This document shows, one piece after another, positions 24,414-35,309 of a stretch of DNA of 64,000 bases (position 1 is its first letter; every line of letters begins with the position of its first letter). This DNA comes from Felis catus (taxonomy: Eukaryota). The notes under the pieces were generated by a model. That model had not been told where the DNA came from, ran no database searches, and saw only the letters and a list, made by a program, of their open reading frames with translations. The stretch covers positions 232,936,001 through 233,000,000 of the forward strand of contig NC_058368.1 of the NCBI RefSeq assembly GCF_018350175.1, read 5' to 3'. The translations under genes were made by a program, and so were the position numbers.

Positions 24414-24466
24414 CTTCTTCTTCTTCTTCTTCTTCTTCTTCTTCTTCTTCTCCTTCTTCTTTTTCT
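24306..24466. repeat. Compound polypyrimidine microsatellite (CCT)n(CTTT)n(CTT)n
   Basis: About 160 bp of uninterrupted pyrimidines. Confidence 0.97.
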
Positions 24467-24588
24467 GTTGTTATTTGAGATGAAGAATGTCATGTCATAT
24501 GATATAATAATGTTCTTCAGAAGCCAAAAAGTAGAGTTCTCATGGGTAGTTTGCAGAGACTTTGGTCCTCCCATAATCACTATAAACT

Positions 24589-24748
24589 TGAGCAATTAGA
24601 AAGCATCTTGAAGCTGGCGTGTTTTTATCAGTGAACACAGGAGGCTCTCCTACTGAACATAAACAATCTCACAAAACACTGGCACCAGACAAGGTGTGTG
24701 ACCATGGTGGAGCGAAAAGAATACAAGACGCTTCGGCAGTCGTGTCTC

Positions 24749-24790
<42 letters not shown>

Positions 24791-25112
24791 AAAATAAGAA
24801 TGCTGCCCAAACCACAGCAAATGACCAGACATTACCCTGTCCCACCTCACCTCCTAGGTAAGACACATTGAGAAACCCAATCATGGAATCACTTCTGCCT
24901 TCTGACTTCACTCATCCAGAGCAAAATTACACACCATTCCTTAATTACATCTCCCAAGTCACATATGCAAAGCCAGAGCCTTTCACAAGCTCCTCTTACT
25001 GCGAAGCTCCAAGGTCCTTTGAGGGCTGCGATCTTCCTTGTCACAACAAACCAATACATTTAACTCTGATTAGCAGCTTATTTCTTGTGGTGTTTTCAGC
25101 TGGAGGGAATCA
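24589..25112 (+). mobile_element. Old ERV1 solo LTR (MER90/MER110-like) containing (CA)n at 24751-24787
   Basis: CTGAACATAAACAATCTCACA...CAGACAAGG...TGTGACCATG and terminal TGGTGTTTTCAGCTGGAGGG resemble the recalled consensus. Confidence 0.6.
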
Positions 25113-25146
25113 AGAAAGTGCTTCCTGATCAAAATATGCCAAGCCA

Positions 25147-25555
25147 GGGGCACCTGGGTGGCTCAGTCGGTTAAGTGTCCAACTCTTGATTTTTTGGCTC
25201 AGGTCATGATCTCATGGTTCATGCATCAAGCTCTGTGCTGACAACAATGGGCTTGATTGGGAGTCTCTCTCTGTCTCTCTCAAAATAAATAAATTTTTTT
25301 ATAACATTTTTTTAATTTTTTAAATGTTTATTTATTTTTGATAGAGAGAGAGACAGATTGTGAGCAGGTGAGGGACAGAGAGAGAGGGAGACGTAGAATC
25401 TGAAGTGGGCTCCAGGCTCCGAGCTGTCAGCACAGAGCCCGACTTGGGGCTCGAACTCACCAACCGTGAGATCATGACCTGAGCCAAAGTCAGATGCTTA
25501 ACCGACCAAGCCACCCAGGCACCCCACCATGTATAATTTTTTTTTTTAATTTAAA
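25147..25555 (+). mobile_element. CAN-SINE (outer) whose tail contains an inverted SINE
   Basis: Head at 25147; TSD-like AAAATATGCCAAGCCA before and AAAAATACCAAGCCA after the composite. Confidence 0.85.
25305..25525 (-). mobile_element. CAN-SINE (SINEC_Fc), inverted, inside the tail of the previous SINE
   Basis: Complete antisense SINE ending CAGGCACCCC. Confidence 0.94.
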
Positions 25556-25581
25556 AAATACCAAGCCAAATAAACTGACCA

Positions 25582-26020
25582 TGTAGGGGGAGGGGCAACA
25601 AAAATATTTCAAGATGAGAACCCTAAACCACCCCTTTGTATCCAGACTGTTACCTCTAAGCTCCTCCCGTACAGAAGTTCCAGAGTGTCACGTGGGGTCA
25701 AGGATGATAGGAAGGATGGATGAGGGTGGGTTTTCCCCTAGAAAAGCTGAGGTCCCCCATGTCTGCCAGTGTGCAAGGGAGATGACTGGGGTGTGGGGAA
25801 AGCCAGCTGTTTCTGGCAAGGCAACCTGAGACCCTTTGGGGCCATCAGCTGTCGTACAGGCCACCCTGCTCCCTCGGTCCCTCAAAGACGGGTCCACTCT
25901 AGCTGTTTTCAAGATGGTGTTTCTCTCCTATAATGCTCACCCGGATTCTCCCCCAAGTGAGGCGAGGTTGGTGTTTTCCTTCGATATATTTGGCAGTCTG
26001 TTTACACTCTGCTTTTTACA
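25582..26020. mobile_element. Candidate solo LTR, family not recognised
   Basis: TGTAG...TTTTACA ends, 439 bp, 5-bp flanks GACCA / GACAA. Confidence 0.4.
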
Positions 26021-27098
26021 GACAACGCCATCACTCTGTTCCTGGCCCCAGAATATACGTTTCAGATTTTAATTGGGAAATGCCATCCCTTCTTTGGACT
26101 ACTCTCAACCCATAATTTATCGAAAGGAAGGTTTTCATATCACTTCCTCATTATTCCAGCCTCCGTCATGTCATAAGGCATGAGATACGACAACACCTCC
26201 CTTTATTTTCCTAATACAGTTGGGATCTCGCTGTTTGCCAACATGTTAAAGCTCAGGTGTCTAAAGGAACATTGGTTGAATTGTATGTCTGTATATCTAG
26301 ATTGTCAGGGACGGAATGCTCCCGCCTCCTGGTGTTCACCTCCCTCGAATGGAGCCCAGGGAGTGTCCCCACGATCCGACTTTGCTAGAGGTGAGCAGCT
26401 CTTCTGACTGGTCAGTTTGGGGTATGCTAGGCATACCGGGCTTGGGTCTGTCCTTTTCAGCCTGGGGAGTGGGTTTGTCCAGGGAGAGCACGAGGTCACC
26501 TCAGCTCTTCTATGCTGTAAGTCTCCTGGTGCAGACCCGCAGTGGGACACCCAGTCCAATGCTCCTGGAAACGAATGGGGCAATTGGCCCAATTTTGGAA
26601 TTCTGTGAACAGTCTCCTTTGACTCTCAGACTGAATGACACCTCCCACGTAGCCGTTATTTGTATTGGGGATTATGCAGAGCACTATTTTTGTCTTTTAG
26701 AACAAGTTCATTTTGACCTCCAAGTGCTTAGTTGGTTGTTTGGTTGTTGTTGTTGTTTCCAAGATCAAGGGTGTAGGAAATATGCATATCCCAGAAATCC
26801 CCCTTGGGCTGATGTTAAGGCTAATTCCTGTTTAGAGTAAAGAGGAGGATAGCGATTCTTTCTAGAAGAATCAGTTCTGAGAAGTAAGTGTATCTCTGTC
26901 ATGGTGTCTCCGGGACATTCATGCTTTCAGAACTTCTTACGGAGGTACCCCAGCACCAACTAAATAGATTGGTGATTGATGGGTTCACTGTGGGCCCCAT
27001 GTGCCCTCACCAGCAAGACTCCGGTCAATCTCTTTGTGATGGTAGACAGTGTGTGCTGTTTGCTCCAGTATTTCAGAATGAATCCTTGCCTCAGTTAA

Positions 27099-27311
27099 TT
27101 TTTTTTATGTTTATTTATTTTTTTGAGACAGAAAGAGACAGAGCATGAGTGGGGGAGGGGCAGAGCGAGAGGGAGACACAGAATCCAAAGCAGGCTCCAG
27201 GCTCCGAGCTGTCAGCATAGAGCCCGACGTGGGGCTTGAACTCGCAAACCATGAGATCACGAACCTGAGCCGAAGTCGAAAGTTTAACCTACTGAGCCAC
27301 CCAGGCGCCCC
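27099..27311 (-). mobile_element. CAN-SINE (SINEC_Fc)
   Basis: TSD AATCC(T/C)TGCCTCA(G/T)TTAA at 27081-27098 and 27312-27329. Confidence 0.96.
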
Positions 27312-29564
27312 AATCCCTGCCTCATTTAAATGAAAACCAGGTGATAGCATCGCAAATGGGCAGAAAGCAAGAGGGGGGCAATATTAACGACCCTAAGAAA
27401 GGTGAGTGACAGCATAACCTTCTGATGAAGTGAAAGTCAACGTTAGCCACAGTGGCGCCGTGACGACTTCCTTGTCTATTCACCGTGACACCATTTTAGC
27501 TGCAGAAGTCTTTTCGCGAAGAAATTCATGTGGACGGGGCTTCCATCGACGCTCGGGGAGCTTGCCGATTTCTGTGTGAGGTGTCGGGCTCACCTCTGAA
27601 GCGGGAACAGGTAGAAAGGTGCTCTCAGTGAGGCGGTCAATGGCAGTAGAAGGCACTTTCCCAAGGAGGTGTTTTTCACCGTGCTACCAACAGGGCTGGG
27701 AAATCTGTGGCGAGAAGGACACGATGGTTAGAACAACAAAACAAGACTGTAACATTCTTCACGGCGCGATACATCGGAGCGATTGTTCTGTTGTCAGAAA
27801 GTCAGAATGGGGAAAATATAATAGATTCTGGGGCATAAGAGAGACAGCGCTGAAGAATCTGTGAGTGTGCCCAGTTTTGTCCAGGGAAAGGGTGCTTCGG
27901 TTCTAGGGCATTGGGCTGTTACTGGCTATCTGGACAGATGACCGTCTCTACTGCTTTTAAGGATTCACGGAAGTATCCCTTCTGAAACTTTCAGAGTCCT
28001 CCTTTCTGACCGGTTACGCTCCCTGAGCAACTTCTAGGTCACGTTGTGGTCATTTACATATAGCAGAAGGGCGTCTTTTAAGAAAATCCATGGTGCTGAG
28101 AACAGCCCCACCATTAACCCCATTGTAAGCGACTCGATTGTCACTCTGATGTCTCTCCACACCTTGAGAAGGTATCAGGCTGAGATACTTCCTCTGGGCC
28201 TGGTCACTTTGGGGTAAGCTAGTGGAGCTGCTGTTTTCCATAGAGACCTACCACGTCCTGTGCCTTCGGAGAGTTCTGCCTGACTTGACGCTGGGCATCA
28301 GCACGGCCTTCTTGGGTTTTCCAGTTGACGTGATGTGCCTTTGTTATGGTGCTGGTCTTTCCATGTGGTGTTGGTGATGGAAACTGGGCCCCAACAGAGC
28401 AGTTTGCTTGGAGACAGCCACCTGGAGAGAAGGAAGCAAGTGCATCTGCTTTGGGAATTAAGAGCAAGCCAACACTCACAGAGGCATCAGTAGAGGTGTT
28501 TTCCTGCCCAGAAGGTGCTGCCCCTTTAAGAACAGGAGACACCCAGCACTACCACTGCCCCCCCCACACACACACACACAAGAGCCACCTGACCCATGAG
28601 CTGTGGTGATTGCAGCCAGTCTCCTTCCCATGCCTTGTTTGGCTAAGGCATCTGGAGGCTGGATCCGTATCTGAGATTCACCTATGTGCCAGCTTCCAAG
28701 GCATGGAGTCTTGGCCTCTACGATCCTCCAAGGCTGATTCCTGACTCACTAACTTCCAGCCTTTTTGATCAGAAGTTTGGGGCTCAGCCCCATCCGTCTC
28801 CACCTCCACTTTCTTTTGGTTTGGATTTCCCAGTCAGGACAGTACATTCTGCCAGTGCAGATTTACTGGCTGGATTTAGCTTAGCCTCTTTCGGTGTAGA
28901 CACTTCCTAGGCCGTGAAATTTCACCTCCCCTGCATCCCTCTGAGGCCATCTCCCAGGCACGTGCTCAGGGTAAGCAAACTCTGGGGTCTGGGTGAGCTC
29001 AAGGGGCCAGCTGTCTGCTTTTCTCTGTGCCCTCTGGGCTGACTGCTGACTCTGTCACTCCCAGCGCTTTTGTCAATGTTCATACTAATCAAAGGTTATG
29101 CCCCTTGTCCCATAAAGAGAAACATGACTGAGAGTCCCCAGCCAGGAGGGATGGTCTTGAAGTCTTGAAGCTGTTTGGAATATCAAGAAGGTGCTTGCTG
29201 AGTTTCAGACTTCGCGTGTGTTCTCTAGACACGAAGTTAAAAGCTCAAATGTGTTTGATGTTTGTCCCGAACATATTCGGGACATAACCCCTCTCTAAAT
29301 AAACTTGGGTGTTTATATTTGTCTATTTACAATAAAAAAAATTAATATTTCTTTCTTATGGCAAGATGAAGAAACTATCAAAGCCAGAAAATCAGGAAAT
29401 AATTTCTATAATACCTCACCTTTGTAGGATCTTAAAGGTAAAACGAAAACCTTATCAAACGAGACATCTAACCTTAATAATGCAATATAGGTTTCAATGA
29501 GAAAAACTATTTAGAGGTCAAGGAAGCGAAGCAGGTTGGGGAATATTTTAAAGAGTGACAGCCA

Positions 29565-29797
29565 GGGGCGCCTGGGTGGCGCAGTCGGTTAAGCGTCCGA
29601 CTTCAGCCAGGTCACGATCTCGCGGTCCGTGAGTTCGAGCCCCGCGTCAGGCTCTGGGCTGATGGCTCAGAGCCTGGAGCCTGTTTCCGATTCTGTGTCT
29701 CCCTCTCTTTCTGCCCCTCCCCCGTTCATGCTCTGTCTCTCTCTGTCCCAAAAATAAATAAACGTTGAAAAAAAAAATTAAAAAAAAAAAGAAAAAA
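29565..29797 (+). mobile_element. CAN-SINE, young felid variant
   Basis: CpG-intact, long A tail, perfect TSD AAAGAGTGACAGCCA at 29550-29564 and 29798-29812. Confidence 0.98.
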
Positions 29798-30685
29798 AAA
29801 GAGTGACAGCCAGAAAAGATGATTTTCTTATTTTATTAAATCACATAGTTAACGTCTTATATCATTCTTTAACAGGAACTTGGGAAGTTCTCCACCTGCG
29901 TTCCGTGCCTTTTAAATGAAAACCGTATGAAACAAAAATGGACATATCCACATAGGGTAGAGTGTTCCATCTACCCTAGAATACTCACCTCTGCACCTGC
30001 CCCCAAAACCGTGGCACAAGAGCAGGTGACTTCTCGGAAGATGTCCTTCTGTACCCCCAGTGTGCACGAACTCTCCTCCCTCTCCCTGGGTGTCTGATGA
30101 AACACGAATCCTGAGCCTGTAGACGCCCCAGGAGGTTGAGTGTAAGCATAGTTTTAATGTGGTCTCATATTTTCTTGCATGATAATTGAAATGTATCTTC
30201 AGGGTTTTCTCATGCCTTTGGGATCTGAGAGCTGAGGCACTCTCTGGGGTACAAGATTCTGTGATTGCTTTTGGACAGCCCTTGGGCTGGGAAGTCCATA
30301 ATCAATCATGCACTAAGGAGGTACGACTGTCAACTTGGGATGGACAGAAGGGTAGGAGATGGATTAGAGAGGGCCGCTTCTGCCCGAAGCTCTGCTGGTG
30401 ATTTTTCTTTTCTGCCTCCGTTCTTTGACAATTAATTAATCAACTAACATGCATTTATTAAGCTCCATTATTAAATATTGATTATGTTTCTATCTGTGTG
30501 TGAAGTTCCATAGGGAACGGAAGACATATTGATAGGAGATACAATGGTGATTATAAAATAATCACCAGGGTGCTGTGATAACGTCTGCCTCTTTTTATGA
30601 ATTACCTCCCACGTGCTGTAAGGGACACTGGTGGTTCACCCATACCATCTGTAGGTCTCAGAGACGCTACAAGGGGGTCATGCTG

Positions 30686-30745
30686 GCCCCATTTTAAATA
30701 TGAGAAAATCAAGGCTCAAAGTAGTGAGACTTTCCCAAAGCCTTT
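30686..30745 (-). mobile_element. MIR core fragment
   Basis: CCCCATTTTAAATATGAGAAAATCAAGGCTCA resembles the antisense MIR core. Confidence 0.55.
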
Positions 30746-31134
30746 ACATAAATGGTCAACGAATAAGACAATATCATCATGATATTCATTATAGAGATGA
30801 TATTAATTATCATTCAGTAAGTACAAAGGGCCTACTCCGTGCAAGGCAGACTCTGTGCCATTAAGAGCCCGAAACGATTAAAGAAGAGTAAGATTTAGTC
30901 TCTGTCTTCCATGAAACCAAATTACTCATCAGTTGGGATCACAAAACACAGGCCCACCCTGGCTTTACTAGTGATCCCAACAATCTTCACGCCAACATGA
31001 AAACATAAGGAGACAGGAAGGACCCTAAAAAGGCAACTCTTGGAGAGTCACATGGAATAGTTAAAAAAGGTCTGCCCAAACACAGAGGCCTCTGCTCCAG
31101 ATCGTGTTTCTGAGTCTGGGACAGGATAGAGTGC

Positions 31135-31210
31135 CGTAAGCGAGTACCTTTACCTCTATGAACCTCAGCTTCCTTGTCTGTAAGCGGGGATGATGGAGGT
31201 TCTACCTGCC
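31135..31210 (+). mobile_element. MIR core fragment
   Basis: ACCTCTATGAACCTCAGCTTCCTTGTCTGTAAGCGGGGATGAT. Confidence 0.6.
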
Positions 31211-31671
31211 CCTCAACCTTGATAGACGCAATAATAGGGGATATGTTCTAGCACTGTAGATGTTAAGTCCTATTGTGCCTACAGTATATAGTAATCCTAG
31301 GAGCATTTAGTGTCCAGATGTGTCATTTGCAGGAGAGCTAGTTGGGTGAATCTTCGACTTTGTGAGCCGTCTCTCCCTGCTGTCCCAGGACATCAGGCTG
31401 TGAGGGACTAAGTCACGTGCACTAGACAGACACATCCTCAGTGGACAGCAGAATGCCTGTCCGTGCCTTTACAGTATCATAACCCTTGTGCAGACTGGGT
31501 TGTTATGGCTTCCTAATCTCTCAGCATTTTCTCTCTTTCTCTCATTAGACGGCATGGAAAATAAAATCCTGCTCATTGATACAATACAAAGGTCAAATAT
31601 TTAAAGTTCATTAGATTTTTTTAAAAATCTCTTATGTGGGCAGGCGTATTTGAGAGTAAGAGATGTGTCTA

Positions 31672-32133
31672 CTCTCAACAATAACCAAATTATGGAAAGA
31701 GCCTAAATGTCCATCAACTGATGAATGGATAAAGAAATTGTGGTTTATATACACAATGGAGTACTATGTGGCAATGAGAAAGAATGAAATATGGCCCTTT
31801 GTAGCAGCGTGGATGGAACTGGAGAGTGTGATGCTAAGTGAAATAAGCCATACAGAGAAAGACAGATACCATATGGTTTCACTCTTATGTGGATCCTGAG
31901 AAACTAACAGAAACCCATGGGGGAGGGGAAGGAAAAAAAAAAGAGGTTAGAGTGGAAGAGAACCAAAGCATAAGAGACTCTTAAAAACTGAGAACAAACT
32001 GAGGGCTGATGGGGGGTGGGAGGGAGGGGAGGGTGGGTGATGGGTATTGAGGAGGGCAACTTTTGGGATGAGCACTGGGTGTTGTATGGAAACCAATTTG
32101 ACAATAAACTTCATCAAAAAAAAAAATAATTAA

Positions 32134-32164
<31 letters not shown>

Positions 32165-32166
32165 AT
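31672..32166 (+). mobile_element. 5'-truncated young felid LINE-1: ORF2 C-terminus (to stop at 31899), 3' UTR, poly-A/(AAAT)n tail
   Basis: Open frame ..KLWKEPKCPSTDEWIKKLWFIYTMEYY..WMELESVMLSEISHTEKDRYHMVSLLCGS* is the L1 ORF2 end; G-rich 3' UTR; perfect TSD TAAGAGATGTGTCTA at 31657-31671 and 32171-32185. Confidence 0.97.
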
Positions 32167-32542
32167 AGAATAAGAGATGTGTCTATTGACTTGGAATTAG
32201 ACTAAGGAGGCTTAATTTTCTTGAATGGTTTCATTGTTCAGGCCAAAATGGTATGGTGTTACCACTGGGGCTAAAATTTCAATTTTATCTAGCTATCCAA
32301 TGACCTGGCTAGTGACATTGGATCCCTAAAAGTCTAATGGCTGTTTTTTCTACTAACACTTAATGTGAATGTTCAATTTTTAGCTCTGGAATTCTGCCCC
32401 TTTTTTTTCCTGTCTTATTATGACCATTCCACTTTTTGGAGTTACTGATTGAAAAAGAAACAAACAAACAAACAAACAACAAAAAACTAAGGTAGAACCA
32501 AGGACAGCACTGTGTTTTAGGTCATCTACCAGAAGTATTAAC

Positions 32543-32660
32543 TCAGGCAAGATACTTACCCTCATAAAGCTCAATTTTCCCATTTGTAGAAAGGGGAAAA
32601 ACACATCTAATTTATATGATTGTTCTGAAAATAAATGAGATAATATCAAACCACTTTGGA
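32543..32660 (+). mobile_element. MIR fragment
   Basis: GGCAAGATACTTACCCTC...CTCAATTTTCCCATTTGTAGAAAGGGG...AAATGAGATAAT. Confidence 0.65.
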
Positions 32661-33762
32661 ACATAGAAAATGCAATACTTAGTAGATATTAGCTTGGAAT
32701 GGAAAACTGAGGTTTTGGCTAATTCCCATCAAATACACCTTAAGCAATATAGGAACGTTTCTTCGTTCTTTCTCTTGTAGGGAATTATCTCTACCTTAAT
32801 TCCCCCAATTTCAACAAGGCTAACTGTACTACAATGTCACAATTTTTTTTTAATCCTGATCCACTTTCAATGAGTCCAAAAGATTTTGGAAGTTCATGAG
32901 TTATAAACTATTGGTGGTTTTGAAGATTTTTTTAGATTAACTAATGGACTATTATTCACTTTTAAGAGGTTTTGGCAAATAAATATGCCATGCACACAAT
33001 GCTAAAACATGAAAAAAAATAGACTTCTCATGAGGTTTAAGTCCTCAAAAAAATTTAAATCGTGCTCTGCGTTTGACCTCACGTGGGGTTCTTTTCAGAT
33101 TAGAAGGAGTTATCGCCCTCTTTAGGGAGAAAAAAAATTGAATGAAGTCTTTGAATTCCAGCGTCTCTTTCTATATCTACCTCGAGGATGAAAGGGACGA
33201 AGACTCCAATGGAAACTTGGGATTTCGGTTATAGCCTGGGGTTAGAAAATGTGAGCACGACACTGAGGCAGGCTGCAGTCACAGCTCCCTCACACACATT
33301 TACTCGGGCACAAGACCCCAGTCGAATAGGATTAGATTCAGCACCTAAGTGGACTTTCCGGGCTCTTTGAGGATAAAATCCAACTTGATGGCACAACGGT
33401 ACAAATGGACCTGATCACACTGATGCAAAACCTGCTACAAATGACTTTTCACTGACATCTTTTTTTTTTGGTCTAAAATTTCTCTGTGCCCCAGACTAAT
33501 TCGCTAGCTGTGTGACTAAGTCGTTATGTGGAAAATTATTTTTAAGGGCATTGAAAGATTCTGTTTCTATTCTGGTCAAAGCGGGGAGGTCTCCCCTTTC
33601 TGTCATTCCCTGCTGTCCTATCCGGAGCAAAATTCTCTTCTTGCTGTCAGTGACAGCGCTGCTCCATTGTGAATGGGGAACATCAATGGGGATGTGTTTT
33701 TGCTATTTGTTATCCACAGTAGGAAACGCTAACTACCTAACATAACTAGCTAAACGCTAACA

Positions 33763-33801
<39 letters not shown>

Positions 33802-33803
33802 AT
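33763..33803. repeat. (AAAT)n microsatellite
   Basis: Direct inspection. Confidence 0.95.
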
Positions 33804-34221
33804 GTATGTTAGCTAGTTTCAATCTTTGCCCTACAGAGCCTCAAACCATTCTGCAGTGATTATAAGACACTTCTATTCCGTAGCCCCATCCTGGTACTGA
33901 CAGTGGAAGATGCAGTTGATGGTCTGGGTGGGTGATTTAGGGGACAGCTACGTGAGCTGACCTTCTCCTTCATGAGCCCCTGGCTTCTGTCTCTCTCCAG
34001 TGCTCAAAGAGCCCAGACTCTGAGAAATTGATTTAACCCAATAAATACACCCAAAAGGTGGCAGACAGTAATCTTAGCACCCTTGCTACAGTGGATTTAG
34101 GGTTTATTTACTTTCATTCCTTGATAACACTCCTATTTAGCAATAAACTCCTCTGTTAGGAAAAAGCTTAGAAGTTAAAAGTGCGTGCTAAAGTAGATAT
34201 TCAGTATTGAATTTCCATCTC

Positions 34222-34448
34222 TTTAAAAAAAATTTTTTTAATGTTTATTTATTTTTGAGAGAGAGAGACAGACAGAGCGTGAGCAGGGGAAGGGCAGAGA
34301 GAGAGAGAAGGAAACACAGAATCTGAAGTAGGTTCCAGGCTCTGAGCTGTCAGCACAGAGCCCCGTGTGGGGCTCAAACCCATAAACCATGACATCATGA
34401 CCTGAGCCAAAGTTGGACACTTAACCGACTGAGCCACCCAGGTGCCCC
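34222..34448 (-). mobile_element. CAN-SINE (SINEC_Fc)
   Basis: TSD TTGAATTTCCAT at 34207-34218 and 34449-34460. Confidence 0.96.
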
Positions 34449-34614
34449 TTGAATTTCCATACCTTAAGAAAACTGATAGTGACCGTGTAACTTGCATGAA
34501 ATGTTTTTCCATCCACCACAGGAGCTTGGAGTGATATTCCTGACCATTTAAAACCAAGAAGACGTAAATCTACCACTCCAGTATCTGTAAGTTATTTCAA
34601 GAAGAGTGTGCCCA

Positions 34615-34838
34615 GGGGCGCCTGGGTGGCTCAGTCTGTTAAGCATCTGACTCTTGATTTTGGCTCAGGTCATGATCTCATGGTTTGTGAAATGGAACCA
34701 AGAGCGGGGCTCCTTGCTAACAGCATGGAGCCTGCTTGGGATTCTCTCTCTCCGTCTCTCTCTCTCTCTGCCCTTCCCCCAATTGCTCTCTCTCTCTCTC
34801 TCAAAATAAATAAACAAAAAACAAAAACAAAACAAAAC
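34615..34838 (+). mobile_element. CAN-SINE
   Basis: Full SINE; degenerate TSD AAGAAGAGTGTGCCCA / AAGAAAGGTGTGTCCA. Confidence 0.95.
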
Positions 34839-35309
34839 AAGAAAGGTGTGTCCAAAATCACGAATGTGTAGCTGTTGATGGCTGGTTTTATAGAAATTTC
34901 TTCCTGTTATGACTTTGTATTTAGGTCACACGATTGGCTCTCTAAAGTAGTTCACTCGATTGGGATTTCAGGTTTTCTTTTATGCAAAGAAAAGGTGACG
35001 CTGTTGTGAATGTGTTGGCCCCAAAAGTAGAAAATCATCCCCAAGTATTGATGATGCTACTTTAATACCAGTGTCTTCAGAGGCTTCAGATAAAAAGTCA
35101 GATGCTTCCAATAATAATGGCTTTCATCTACTACATAGATGCAAAGTAAAAGTTGCTAGACTCAATCATCTATTTGAACACAATGTAATTCCTGACTCTA
35201 TGAATCAACCCTCCCAAACTGGCCCTCCTCACGCTTGTCAGTTAGTGGTTAGATGTGATACAGGTTTCTTTAAGAATGCTTATTACAGAACTATAAAAAT
35301 CCTCTCAAA

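Noticed and set aside
24137..24595. Poly-Arg/Lys and poly-Ser/Phe ORFs
   Set aside because: Translations of the compound microsatellite at 24306-24466.
26316..26840. 174-aa ORF next to LTR-like sequence, considered as a retroviral gene remnant
   Set aside because: No gag, pol or env motif recognised and no primer-binding site seen.
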